Below are positions 1 to 12,964 of a stretch of 64,000 nt of DNA, piece after piece. The notes below the pieces were generated by a model. The model saw only the letters and a program-made list of their open reading frames with translations, searched no databases and was not told where the DNA came from. Numbering within the stretch: the first letter of the stretch is position 1; every line of letters starts with the position of its first letter. The position numbers were made by a program, and so were the translations under genes. This DNA is from Mobula hypostoma (taxonomy: Eukaryota), in NCBI RefSeq assembly GCF_963921235.1, contig NC_086108.1, forward strand, positions 100,814,001 through 100,878,000. Direction: 5' to 3'.

Positions 1-21
1 TGGTTGATGGAGCAAGAGCAC

Positions 22-2640
22 AAGAACATAAGAACATTAGAAATAGGAGCAGGAGTAGGCCATTTGGCCCGTCAATAAAGTCATGGCTGATTTGGTCATG
101 GACTCATCTCCACCTATCTGCCTTTTGCCTATAACCCTTAATTCCCCTACTGTGCAAAAATCTATTCAACCTTGTCTTAAATATATTTACTGAGGTAGCT
201 TCCACTGCTTCATTGGGCAGAGAATTCCACAGATTCACCACTCTTTGGGAAAAGCAGTTCTTCCTCATCTCTGTACTAAATCTACTCCTCCCAAATCTTG
301 AGGCTATGTCCCCTAGTTCTAGTCTTACCTACCAGTGGAAATAACTTTCTTGCCTCGATCTTATCTATCCCTTTCATAATTTTATATGTTTCTATAAGAT
401 CTCCTCTTGTTCTTTGAATTCCAGTGAATACAGTCCCAGGCGACTCAATCTCTCCTCATAGTCTAATCCCCTCATCTCTGGAATCAACCTGGTGAACCTC
501 CTCTGCACCACCTCCAAAGCCAGTATATCCTTCCTCAAGTAAGAAGACCAGAATTGCATACAGTACTCCAGGTGCAGCCTCACCAGTACCCTGTACAGTT
601 GCAGCATAACCTCCCTGCATTTAAATTCAATCCCTCTAACAATGAAGGCCAACATTCCATTTACCTTCTTGATAGCCTGTTGCACCTGCAAACCAATCTT
701 TTGTGTTTCATGCACAAGCACTCTCAAGTCCCTCTGCACAGCAGCATGTTGCAATTTTTAACCATCTAACTAATAATCTGCTCTTTCATTTTTCCTTCCA
801 AAGTGGATGAGCTTGCATTTACCAACATTGCACTCCATCTGCCAGACTCTTGCCCTTTCGCTTAACCTACCTATATGTCTGCAGACTCTCCATACCTTCT
901 GCACAATTTGCTATCCACTCAATTTAGTATCATCAGTAAACTTAGATACACTACACTCAGTCTCCTCTTCCAGATTGTTAATGTATATCATGAACAGTTG
1001 TGGCCCTGAACCCTGCAGCACACTGCTCACCCCTGATTGCCAACCAGAGTAACACCCTTGTATCCCAACTCTCTGCTCTCTATTGGTTAACTAATCCTCT
1101 ATCCATGCTAATTTTCTATGCATCCTTATCTTATGGATAAGTCTTTAATGCAGCATCTTATCGAACGCCTTCTGGAAATCTAAGTAAATAACATCCATCT
1201 ATTCCCCTATATCCATTGCGCTCATTATATTCTCAAAGAACTGCAGTGAGCTTGTCAAACAGGACCTGCCTTTACTGAATCCATGCTGCATCTCCCTGAT
1301 GGACCCATTTCTTTCTAGATGCCTCGCTATTTCTTCTTTAATGATAGATTCAAGCATTTCCCCAAAAACAAATGTTAAACCTATAGTTACCTGCCTTTTG
1401 CTTACATCCTATTTTGAACAGTGGCATGATATTCATTGTCTTCCAGTCCACCGGGACCTGCCCAGAGTCCAGAGAACTTTGGTAAATTATCACCAAAGCC
1501 TCTACTGTAACTTCTGCCATTTCTTTCAGTACCCTGGGATGCATTCCATCAGGACCAGGGGACTTGTCTATCTTCACGCCCACAAGTTTGCTCAGTACTA
1601 CCTCTTCAGTGATAGATATTGTATTGAGATCTTCACCTCCCATCACATCCATAAAATCTCTCTTTGGCATGTCAGATGTGTCCTCCACCGTGAAAACCAA
1701 TACAAAATAGTCATTCAAAGCTTCGGACATTTCCTCATTACCCAATATCAATTCCCTTTTCTCATTCTCCAAGGGACCTACGTTGACTTTAGCCACACTT
1801 TTTTCTTTATATAATTAGACAAATTTTTACTATCATTTTTATATTTTGTGCTAGTTTATTTTCATAATATTGCTTCTCTTTCTTTATTACTGTGGTTCTT
1901 TTTTGCTTTTTAAAGTTTTCCCCATCTTCCAGTTTCCCATTACTCTTGGTGACTTTGTATGCATGAGCTTTTAGTTTGATGGCTTCTTTTATTTCCTTAG
2001 TTATCCAAGGCTGGCGCTCCCCATCCTTACTGTTCTTGCTTTTAATTGGAATATACTTTTGTTGAGCACTGTGAAAAATCTCTTTGAAAGTCTTCCACTG
2101 TTCCTTAATTGTCCCACCATATAGCCTGTGTTCCCAGTCTACACTAGCCAAATCACCCCTCATCCCATTGTAGTCTCCATTGCTTAGGCATAATACAGTG
2201 GTTTTCACTCTAGCTATTGCATCCTCCATTTGTATGAGAAACTCAAGCATACTGTGATCACTCTTTCCTAACTACAAGATCACTAATGTAACCTGTCTCA
2301 CTGCAAAAGACCAGATCTAAGATAGCACGTTCCCTTGTAGGTTCAGTAACAAACTGTTCAAGAAAGCCATCATGGATGCATTCTATGAAGTCTTCTTCAA
2401 GACTGCCTCAACCAATTTGATTCACCCAATCTATGTGCAAGTTAAAGTCCCCCATGATAATTGCTGTTCCATTCTTACATGCCTCAGCAATTTCTCTGTT
2501 TATTCCCTGTGCCATTGTAATGTTATTATTCAGTGGCTGATAAGCAACTCCCACCTGTGATTTTTTCCGTTATATTCTTAATCTCTACCCAGATGGATTC
2601 AACATTCTGCTCGTTAGATCTTGTATCGTCTCTCATATTG
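22..2640 (-). mobile_element. CR1-clade LINE, decayed ORF2 (endonuclease to RT) with 3' tail
   Basis: ORF fragments 392-754 (VRLHLEYCMQFWS, VQRRFTRLIP), 1350-1796 (KSPGPDGMHPRVLKE) and VESIWVEIKN. The tail repeat aagaacataagaacat is at the left end. Confidence 0.9.
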
Positions 2641-3266
2641 TCAAAGGCGGGAGGAGAAGAGAGCAGCACACCGCGCGCGCGCAGCTCTCCGGTGAAAATG
2701 ATATTGTATCCGTTAAATAGGGGCCGTGGATAATTCTGATTTGATGGAGCCAGACGTGAAAGCACAGAGGAACATCTGGAGAAATTTCTGAAACGCCGGT
2801 TCACTGCCACTGTTACTGGGCGATCGAGAATCTTCCGGAGAGAAGGCCCCAAAATCCCCGGCTTCGCCTGCTGCTGGTGACCGAGATTGAGGTCGAATCG
2901 TTCGGATAGAGATGGTGCTCGGTACTCAGTGTCGGAGGACTGATCAGAGATCGAAGTTTTCGTACGACTCAAAGTTGGACTGTGGTCAGGCATGGCAGGG
3001 AGAGTTTTCTTCCTTCTCCCGTCTGCGTGAGATGTGGGACATTCAAAGAAAGTTTGAACTTTTTTACTGTGCCATGCCTGTTCTTCATCAAGTTACGGTA
3101 TTGTTGCACTCTTGTAACTATATGTTATAATTGTGTGGTTTTGTGAGTTTTCTCAGTCTTGGTCTGTCCTGTGTTTTTGTGATATCACAATGGAGGAATA
3201 GTGTATCATTTCTTAATGCATGCATTACTAAATGACAATAAAAGAGGACGTGTCCTCATAATCTAA
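2640..3266 (+). mobile_element. Non-coding CpG-rich interspersed element abutting or interrupting the CR1
   Basis: Abrupt change to CpG-rich sequence, then a T-rich body, AATAAA and an AATCT-type end. Family not assigned. Confidence 0.45.
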
Positions 3267-3404
3267 ATTTTCTCCTTCTATTTCATATGCTTCTAAAATT
3301 TGCAGTAATGTAACCATCTCAGTATGTATAGGGCTCGTGGACGTTAGAGAGGGAGGGATCTCTGAGACCGGACAACTGTTTAGCACTGAATCCAGTCACT
3401 ATGA

Positions 3405-3627
3405 GGGCAGCATGGGTGTGTAGTGGTTAGCGTAACATTGTACAGCACCATTAACTTGTGTCTGATTCCGCCGCTGCTTGTAAGAAGTTTGTATGTTCTG
3501 ATACTGTGGCTGTTTCCTTCCACATTCCAATGATGTAAAGGTTAGTAAGTTAATTGATTACGTGTGTAATTAGCTGATGCGGGCTCATTGGCCTGTAACC
3601 GTGCTGTATCTCTAAGTAAATAAATAG
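3405..3627 (+). mobile_element. tRNA-derived V-SINE-like element
   Basis: A-box-like head (tagtggttagc), core (tttccttccacattccaatgatgt) and a ctgtatctctaa-(taaa)n tail. Confidence 0.65.
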
Positions 3628-3651
3628 AAGTGAAAGCAAACTGCAATGTAA

Positions 3652-4605
3652 AATAAACACAAGAGATTCTGCAAATAATAGATATAAAGAGTAGCACACA
3701 TAAAATGCTGGAGGAACTCAGCAGGTCAGGCAGTATCTACTGAGGGGCATAAAGAGTCAACATTTCGGGCTGAGATCCTTCATCAGGACTGGAAAGGAAG
3801 GGGGAGAAAAACAGAATAAGAAGGCAGGGGAAGGGAAGGAGTACAAGCTACAAGGTAATAGGTAAAGCCAGGTGAGCGGGAAGGTAGGTAGGTAGGGGAG
3901 GGGGGGATAAAGTGAGAGGCTGGAAAATGATAGGTGGAAGAGGTAAAGGGCTGAAGAAGGAGGAATCTGATAGCACAGGGAGTGTACCATGGGAGAACGG
4001 GAAGGAGGAGGGACACCTGAGGGAGGTTATAGGCAGGTGAGGAGAAGAAAAGAGGTAAGGGGGAGCCAGAATGTAGAATGGAAAAAGAAAAGGAGGAGGA
4101 GAGGAGAAATTAGTGGAAGTTGGAGAAATCGATGTTCATGCCATCAGGTTGGATGCTACCCAAATGGAATAAGATGTTTTGCTCCTCTAACCTCATTGTG
4201 GCGGAAGAGGAGGCCATGGACCGATACATAGAATGAGAATCGGGATAGGAATTGAGATCGTTGGCCACAGGGAAATCCTGCGTGTTGCAATGGAGCAAAG
4301 GTGTTCGCCAGTCAATGCCGTGTCTCACCGACGTAGAGGAGACCTAACTAGGTGCTCAAGATACAGCAGACGATCCCAACAGTTTCATAGGTGATGGGTT
4401 GCCTCACCTGGAAGGACAGTTTGGGGCCCTCAGTGGAGGAGAATGGGAAGGTGTAGCTCTTCTTCTGCTTGCAGGGTTAAGTGCTGGGATTAGTGGAGGG
4501 GGGGGGAAGAGTGGAAAACAAAAGGATGAGGGAATCATGCAGAGAACAATCCATATGGAAAGTGGAGAGTGTGAGGTGGGGGTAAAGAGTTTGGTGGTAG
4601 GATCA
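3652..4605 (-). mobile_element. Penelope-like element fragment (old)
   Basis: Terminal repeat with hammerhead-like motif at 3755-3790 and an eroded GIY-YIG C-terminal region (LGSIQPDGMNIDFSNF). Confidence 0.8.
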
Positions 4606-4705
4606 ATGCTACTGTTGAATAAAATATAATCCATGGACAGATCACCACTTACTAATTATTGCCAAACATTTGTACTGAAAAACAAATCCAAACATAGGAG
4701 AAATT

Positions 4706-5747
4706 AAATAGAAAATATTTTTCAGATGCTGGGCTCAAAGCAACACGCACAAAACGCTGGAGAAACTCAGCAAGTCGGGCAGCATCCGTGGAAATGAACA
4801 GTCAATGTTTCTGGCCGAGACCCTTCATCAGGACTGAAGAGGTAGGGGGCAGAGGCCCTATAAAGAAGGTGGGGGGAGGGTGGGGAGGAGAAGACTGGTA
4901 GGTTCCAGGTGAAAAACCAGTAAGGGGGAAGATAAAGGGGTGGGGGAAGGGAAGCAGGGAGGTGATAGACATGAAAGCTGAAGAAGGAATGGAGGAAAGC
5001 ACAATGGGTAGTAGAAGGAGGCGGAACCATGAGGGAGGTGATAGGCGGCTGGGGGAGGGGGCAGAGTGACATAGGGATAGGGGAAGGGAGGGGGAGGGAA
5101 TTACTGGAAGCTGGAGAATTCTATGTTCATACCAAGGGGCTGGAGACTACCTAGACGGTATATGAGGTGTTGCTGCTCCAACCTGAGTTTGGCCTCATCA
5201 TGGCAGTAGAGGAGGCCATGTATAGACATATCTGAATGGGAGTGGGAAGCAGAGTTGAAGTAGGTGGCAACCGGGAGATCCTGTCTCTTGTGGCGGATGG
5301 AGCGGAGGTTCTCGACGAAGCGGTCTCTGTGTCGGGTCTCACCGATGTAGAGGAAGCCACACCGGGAGTACCGGATGCAATAGATGACCCCAACAGACTC
5401 ACAAGTGAAGTGTAGGAAGGACTGTTTGGGGCCCTGAATGGTGGTGAGAGAGGAGGTGTAGGGACAGGTGTAGCCCTTACGCTTACAGGGATAAGTGCCA
5501 GGTGGGAGATCCGTGGGGAGGGACGTGTGGACCAGGGAGTCGTGGAGGGAACAATCCCTGCGGAAAGCAGAGAGGTGTAGAGAGGCAAAGATGTGCTTAG
5601 TGGTGGGGTCCTGTTGAAGGTGGCGGAAGTTGCGGAGGATAATGTACTGGATCCGGATGCTGGTGGGGTGGTAGGTGAAATTAAACACAAGAGATTCTCC
5701 TGATCCAGAGCAACACATACAAATTGCTGGAGGAACTCAGCGTGTCA
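4706..5747 (-). mobile_element. Penelope-like element 3' part with GIY-YIG endonuclease remnant
   Basis: ORF 5101-5718 contains VIYCIRYSRCGFLYIGETR...EQQHLIYRLGSLQPLGMNIEFS. A partial terminal repeat is present at both ends, with a possible gagaaatt flanking duplication. Confidence 0.88.
4799..4836 (-). ncRNA. Degenerate minimal hammerhead ribozyme motif in Penelope terminal repeat
   Basis: Minus strand CAGTC-CTGATGA-A-GGGTCTCGGCCA-GAAAC-ATT-GACTG; the cleavage triplet is mutated. Confidence 0.6.
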
Positions 5748-6219
5748 GAGAAATTTAAGAGTGCTCGTTCTTAAAAGGACTGCTCCTCCCTTCAATAAGT
5801 GTTCAAACATGTTTTCTGCCAGAATGTTTTATCATGGTCACCTCCTGTAACCAAAATATAATGAGTTGTCTGTTTCAGCATGTATCACAGCTGCATTTGT
5901 ATATGCTAATATTCAAGTTGATTATTTCATCAAATTCCATAGCTGTGATTGATATATTCTGCATTAAACCAATATAAATCTTTACATTTAAAAAGTATGC
6001 ATTGACTACAGTTTGCTGTGATTTTATTTGGAACAGTACATTGACTCTTATTAATCATGATTTACTTTTGACATTAGAAATGTCTAAGGCTTTCTCTTAA
6101 CTATCTCGCCCAGTTCACTCCCCTGATAGTTTATTTGCTAAGGCATAAATGCAAGTTGTGCCACGTTGACCAAAAGATCAAAGATTCCCGTTCCAGTCAG
6201 TGCTGACTTAACCACTCAC

Positions 6220-6429
6220 GCAGAGTAGTGTAGGAACGGCGATTGACAGTGCCCTTGGGGCTTGGGAGGTTCTGGCGCGTGATCTTGAAACGTTGACGTT
6301 TGATGAGAAAAGCACATGCGACCATGTTTATATGTACATTGGACCAGTTGTGGTGACCTCCCCACCACTGCAATCGGATAGCACTTCAGAAGACAGATTG
6401 CTGGGAGCAGCCCAGAGGGCACCATGCAC
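6220..6429 (-). CDS. Candidate exon of an unidentified gene; possible first coding exon with ATG at 6325
   Basis: Strong acceptor (ttttttttatctgcactctcctctgatttcgcag) and consensus donor (gtgagt) around 210 bp of unique, CpG-containing sequence. aaacATGG opens MVACAFLIKRQRFKITRQNLPSPKGTVNRRSYTTL. A second frame is also open across the whole exon. Confidence 0.55.
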
Positions 6430-7123
6430 CTGCGAAATCAGAGGAGAGTGCAGATAAAAAAAATTCCTGTGGTTAATCAGTAACTGTGAAAATATTACCA
6501 CTTGCTTTTTTTAAATCCTAGATTAATCATCCTAATTATACCTGTTCTTTATGTCTAGCACTGAAATCATTAAACAGGAAAATTATTATTTTCAAATTAA
6601 TCACCCCATAACTTTAATTTGCAAAATCCATGCACTTTCATCCACTGTGTTAAAAAATTAATACCTCAAACTCATAAACAATAATTTCACAAATTATATT
6701 AACATATGGATTCTCATTACAGGAAGGATGTGGCAGCTTCAGAGAGGGTGCAGTGAACATTTATCAGATGCTATCTGCTTATAGAACATGTCTTATGAGG
6801 ATACTTTTATTTATTGAAATACAGCACAGAAAAGGTCCTTCTGGCCCTTCGAGTTGTACCGCCCAACAATCCCCTGATTTAACCCTAGCCTAATCATGGG
6901 ACGATTTACAATGACCAATTACATTGGTAATATCGAAACAGCAAGCCATTGACCTCCTCTGTCGTTGTGGCAGGAGCAATATCTTCTCTCTCTCCTTCGC
7001 TAGTGAGAGAGACAGAGAGAGTCTGTCTGAGATGTTGAAGTGTTGTGATAGACAATAGTTTTTGATGGACTCTAGATCATGGTCTCTGATGGTCATAGTC
7101 TATTGCTTGCATGATGATGGTAG

Positions 7124-7460
7124 GAGGTTGATACATTTTGTTGGAGCAAGTGGGGGGAGGACTGATGATTTTGTTGGATCAAGGGGGGAGGGTTGATGAT
7201 TTTGCTGGAGTGAGGGGGGAGGGTTGATGATTTTGTTGGAGCAAGGGGGGGAGGGTTGATGATTTTGCTGGAGCAATGGGGGGAGGGTTGATGATTTTGC
7301 TGGAGCAATGGGGGAAGGGTTGATGATTTTGCTGGAGCAATTGGGGGAGGGTTGATGATTTTGCTGGAGCAGGGGGGGAGGGTTGATGATTTTGCTGGAG
7401 CAATGGGGGGAGGGTTGATGATTTTGCTGGAGCAAGGGGGGGAGGGTTGATGATTTTGCT
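7124..7460. repeat. G-rich minisatellite, about 30 bp unit, about 11 copies
   Basis: Repeating GGGGGGAGGGTTGATGATTTTGCTGGAGCAA. It explains the repetitive ORFs at 7093-7515. Confidence 0.95.
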
Positions 7461-8434
7461 GCTGCCTATGCGTGGGAGGTGGAGGGGTCTTTGGGATTCT
7501 AATGTTTTCTGTCACTTATTCTTTGGTGTTTTTTCTCTGATTTGTGGATGTCTGCAAAGAGTAAGAATTTCAGGTTGTATACTGTATATATTCTCTGGTA
7601 TTAAATGGAACCATTGAACCGTTGACTTGATAGAGGTGTCTAAGATGAAAAGGGTGAACAGCCAGAGACTTTGGCTAATATGAGGGGCATAACTTAATGG
7701 AGGAAACTATAGGAGGGAGGTAGGATTTCTACACATTGAGTGGTAGGTGTGTGAAACGTGTTTCCAGGAGTTGTGGTAGAGGCAGATAGATTAGAGACAT
7801 TTAAGAGACTCTTGGAAAGGCACATGGATGATAGAAAGATAGAGGGCTTTGTGGGAATGTAAGATTAGATTCATTTTAGCGTAGGTTAGAGTTGGCACTA
7901 CATGGTGGGTTGAAGGGCCAGTACTGTGCTGCACTGTTCTATTTTCTGTTTAGTTCCATTATTCAGAATCAGATTTATTATTACTGACTTAGATGATGCA
8001 AAATTTGTAATTTGTGTCATGGTACAGTGCCGTATATATTTAAAATTTCTATTTTAAATGAAATTTTCCAACCTCAAATGTGTAAACTTAAAGTGAAACA
8101 TAAACCTTTTCTTGAAGGGTCGTTGACTTGAAAGTGAAAATGCATAGGTACTTATGCTCTCCCTAAGTGAACAGGAGAAACTAATCTCTCTGAGAGAAAC
8201 CCAAGAACTCTTTTTCAGTTCCTGCCTAGAATTGATTTCCTATTGGGTCAAAAATACTTCTGACGCCTCCGTAGAGTTCTTTTTTTTTTGTAAATCTTGC
8301 TACTTCCCTTTTAAAGTCCTTTTAGGAGTCAGAAAGCTGACCTAATCTTCGTTGGTGGTTAATATTTTAGTTTCGCTTTTTTTTAAACAGTAACTTAAAC
8401 TGAGAGAGATCCACAGTTGTTCTGGAAATCTATT

Positions 8435-8579
8435 AACACACATCAAAGTTGCTGGTGAACGCAGCAGGCCAAGCAGCATCTATAGGAAGAGGCGCAGTCG
8501 ACGTTCACTGCTGCGTTCACCAGCAACTTTGATGTGTGTTGCTTGAATTTCCAGCATCTGCAGAATTCCTGTTGTTTGC
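8435..8579. mobile_element. 145 bp Penelope-derived fold-back insertion with 13 bp TSD
   Basis: TSD ctggaaatctatt at 8422-8434 and 8580-8592; perfect 33 bp inverted arms at 8435-8467 and 8508-8540. Confidence 0.85.
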
Positions 8580-10387
8580 CTGGAAATCTATTGGTCATTT
8601 TTCAAATGCGGATGACTTAGAGCTGATTGTCTTTTTGGCTGCTTTCTTGACATTCATTATTCACGTTTTTGAAGATTATTGAATGAAAGAGGTAATAAAA
8701 TTCTGAACCTGAGCAGATGGAATATTTCACTTGTGTCATGCTTCACAGCACAAAGGCCTCTCTGGAAAGCTCTCTGCTCTTTATTACCTGCATTTAACAA
8801 AAGGTAACCACACAGAAGTGGTAATATGTATTATTGACACCCTAGGAGCAATCTAATAAGTATGTATGTGTATCTATTTAGTTCTATTTGTAGTTAAAAG
8901 AGCCACCTCCATTATGTTTACAGCAATGTGCATTGGTTTTAAAATAGCGCTTAGCAAATGCACAGTCAAAAGCTGCATTAAGCAAAGAGCATAGCTGTAT
9001 GAAAGGCTATCTTTCCATTAGCATTTTTCAGGTTTTTGTGGAGCAGCTCGGTTCAAGTTCAAGTTTCTTGCCATCCAGATGTACATACGTATATTGCCAA
9101 ATGAAACAATGCTCCTCTGGACCAAGGTGCACAACACAGAACATATAATCCCACACACATAATATTGTGTGCAAACAACACAATATTATCACAAATAAAT
9201 TAACCATTAATCTACAACTAGAGATCATGGGTTAAGGGGGAAAGGTGAAAAGTTTAAGGGGAACATGAGAGGAAACTTCTTCACTCTGAGGGTCAAGAGA
9301 GTGTGGAACGAGTTGCCAGTGCAAGTGGTGTATGCAAGCTTGATTTCAACACTTAAGAGATGTTTGGATAGGTACATGGATGGTAGGGGTATGGGGGGGG
9401 GGCGCGCTAAGGTCCTGGTGCGGGCCAATGGGAGTAGGAAGTTTAAATGTAAGGACTAAATGGGCTGAAGGACCTGTTCTGTTTTGCTCTTTTCTCTTAC
9501 TCTATGACTCTATGAATAATAAGGTACATTTACGACCCAAGTTAAAAATGTAAACCGTATGTAGGGTTCTCAGTAATGTTAACTGCTAAGGCTAATAAAA
9601 TGGCTTCTCTGTAGTGTTATATGAAATGGCTTCTCTGTAATGTTAAATGATGAGGTAATGTTTCTCTGTAGCTGCGATGTTTGGGTTATTCGTGAGCTCC
9701 AACGAATTATATTTTGTGCACAAGACTGATAAAATTACTGATTGGTACCTTTGTGTTATTTGTTTCTACTAACCACACCACCTAAAAGAGTCATAAAGTG
9801 TTATCATTTAATCATACATTGTGTACTGTCTGATATTTTACATTGTGGGTTTGTACCGGGGTGAGTTACACAGCATCTACGCAAACGTGGACACAGTTTG
9901 ACGGGCAGATGGCAGTTTCCCCTAGACGAACATGAGTTGATAAAGCTGAGTGTTACACGTATAATGGCACTGGCACTTAGACTCAAGTTTCAAGACCCAA
10001 GATTATTAATTGTCATCCTTCAGTACACAAGTGTAAAGGAGAATAAAATGATTATTTCGCCAAATCCAATGCAGCACAGCTCCTCAGCAACCTTCATTCT
10101 CCCCATGTGCTGCCACTTTACATTTACACTCCACATCTGCCCCGAGATGCCCTAAGATTAGATTATACTGTACAGTATACATAGACTGGTTGCCTGTATA
10201 TAAAGTGACATTGGGTGCAGAAATATCTGAACACAAGGTGACTCTGACAGGAAATGATAAAGTGACGAAGTGACTCATGGCAAGAGGAACTCCTCTGGGT
10301 AGCAGCATGGGCATATGAAAACACAGCAGGAGAGTGACTGTATCAGAATAAATAGTTAAATGTATGCTGCTGTCGGAAGAAGGCACC

Positions 10388-10770
10388 TCTCCCCCTCTCT
10401 CTCTCTCTCTCTGTCTCTCTCTCCCTCTCTCTCTCACTCTCTCTCTCTCACCTCTCATTCTCTCTCTCACTCCCTCTCTGTCTCTCCCCCTCACCCTCTC
10501 TCTCTCTGTTTCTCTCTCCCTCTCTCTCTCCCCTCTCTCTCCCTCTCTCACTCTCTCCCTCTCTCTGTCTCTCTCCTTCTCTCTCTCACCCCCTCTGTCT
10601 GTCTTTCTCTCACTCTCACTCTCTCCCTCCCACTCTGTCTCTCTCTGTCTCTCCCTCGCCCTCTCTCTCTCTCTCTCTCACTTTTTCACTCTCACTCTCA
10701 ATCTCACTCTCTCTCTCTCTCACTCTCTCACTCTCACTCTCAATCTCACTCTCTCTCTCTCACACTCTTT
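10388..10770. repeat. Degenerate (CT)n microsatellite
   Basis: Directly visible; the source of the SLSL/ERER ORFs. Confidence 0.97.
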
Positions 10771-12964
10771 CGCTCAGCTTTGCTATCGCTTGCCTGGGGG
10801 GAGAGGAGGTCAGTGCTGTTACTGGAGCAAGTCGGGTGAGGTGGAGGGGGAGGGTCGATGCCTTTGCTGCTGGGAGGGGAGTGGTTTGGGGCTCTAACAT
10901 TTCTGTCATTCATTCTTTGGGATTTTTTTCTGTTTTGTGGATATCTGTGCAGAGTAAGAATTTCAAGTTGTATACCGTATACATTGAGTAATACTATGAA
11001 CATGAGTTGTGAAACCCTTGAAAGTGAGTCCACAGATTGGGGAGCGGAGTTGAGTGAAGTTAACCATACTGGTTCAGGAGCCTGATGGTTTGTAGGGTAA
11101 TAAGACCATAAGATACAGGAGCAGAATTAGACCGGTTTGCCCATCAAGTCTGCTCTGCCACTCAGTCACGGCCAATCCTTTTTCTCCCTCCTCAGCCCCA
11201 CTCCCCGGGCTTCTCCCTGTAATTTTTGATGCCGAGTCTGGTCAAGAACTGTTTCTGAACCTGATGATGTGGGATATAGGCTCCTGTACCTCCTGCCTGA
11301 TGGCAGCAGTGAGAAGAGAGCATGCCTGGATGGTGAGGGTCATTGATGATTGATGCCTTCTCCTGTGGCTCTGCTTCTTGTAGATGTGCTCAGTTGGATA
11401 GTCTGATACATCAATTATTTAACTGACTAAGCCCATCATAATCAATCACAATTATCTTTGTCATTGTCAAAGGTTCAAAATTCATTTAATATTGATGAAG
11501 AATGCGACTTTCTGTGAATGCTGTTGACCTGATGTATTCAGGAGAAGTGCATGCTCGTCTATTTTCTTCTGATTCAGTGTCTCATAAAGAATATAGAGCA
11601 TTTTTCCCATGGACTGGCTTGTCGGTTTTTTAAATAATGTGCCAGTCAGCAAGAGGGATGGGGGCTCCGAGAATGCGCAAAGTCCTGCGTTTGCTTGCTT
11701 AAAAGTTGTCATAGAGAAAACCATAGCTTTTTAAAATTAAGTCCAACTGAGAAACTTTGTTTTCTGTTTGTTACTGTTCACCCACTGTCCACGTTTAATG
11801 ACTGAAAGATAAGAAGATTAGTTTTATTTGTGAAATGTACATCAAAATAGCTTGTTCTATTTTCCCCTTTGATAGAAATAAAAAATTCAGATGGAAGGTG
11901 GTGAATCTGTGGAATTTGTTGCCACAGGTGGTTGTGGAGGCAAAATCATTAGGGTATATTTAAAGCAGAGGCTGATAGATTCTTGATTAGTCAGGACATG
12001 AAGCGATACGGGGAGAAGGCAGGAAACTGGGGATGAGAGGAGAATAGATCAGACATGATGAAATGGCAGATAAAATTCGATAGGCCATACGGCCTAGTTC
12101 TGCTCCTATATCTTATGGTCTTATGGAAATGTAGAGTGAAATACTTCGATTGCATGAAATCAAATCATCAAGGATTGCTCTGGGCAGTCCACAAGTATCA
12201 CCATAACATGCCACAACTTACTAGCGCTAATTGTACATCTTTAGAATGTGGGAGGAAACCGGAGCCCCCAGAAGAAACCCATACGGTCACAGGAAGAATG
12301 TACAAACTCCTTACAGACAGCACAGGGGAGTGAACCACGATCGAGGATTATGTTACGCACTGTAAAGCAATTGCTCTAACTGATACACTATTGTGCCACC
12401 TGAGTTTCGCTTTAGCAAAACTTTATTTCCCAATAATGCAACACTAATTAAAAATCCCGATTCTGTGCACAGGGTATGAAAGTACTGTTACAATGACTAA
12501 ATCTAGCTTTCATTTAGACCGTAAGGCATACTGTAGGAGCAGAATAGGCCATTTGGCCCATCATGTCTGCTCTTCATTTCAGCATAGCTGACTTAAATAT
12601 TATTCCTCTCAATCCCAATGCCTCATCTTCTCCTTATAACTGTTGATGCCCTGACTAATCCTGGTAATGAATTCCAGAGATTCATTATCCTTGGCAAAAG
12701 AAAATCCTCCACATCTCTATTCTCAATTGACATCCCTCTAATCTGAGGCTGTGCCCTCTGGTCCTAGACTCCCTCACTGTATGAAACATCCTCTCCGTAT
12801 CCACTCTATATAGGGCTTTCAATATTCGATAGGGTTCAATGAGATCCCCTCTCACTCTTCTTAACCCCTGGCAAGTACAGGCCCAGAGCCATCAGATGCT
12901 CCTCATCTTTCATTCCCGACACTGTTGTCATGAACCTCCTCTGACCCTCTCTAATGCCAGCATG

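Noticed and set aside
6221..6456. Plus-strand open frame QSSVGTAIDS...
   Set aside because: Splice signals are much stronger on the minus strand, so this is probably a shadow frame.
7124..7460. CRISPR-like array
   Set aside because: Units are contiguous with no unique spacers, there are no cas genes, and the context is eukaryotic.
7093..7515. Repetitive Pro/Gln-rich ORFs
   Set aside because: Translations of the 30 bp minisatellite, open in several frames.
10084..10897. SLSL/ERER ORFs
   Set aside because: (CT)n microsatellite.
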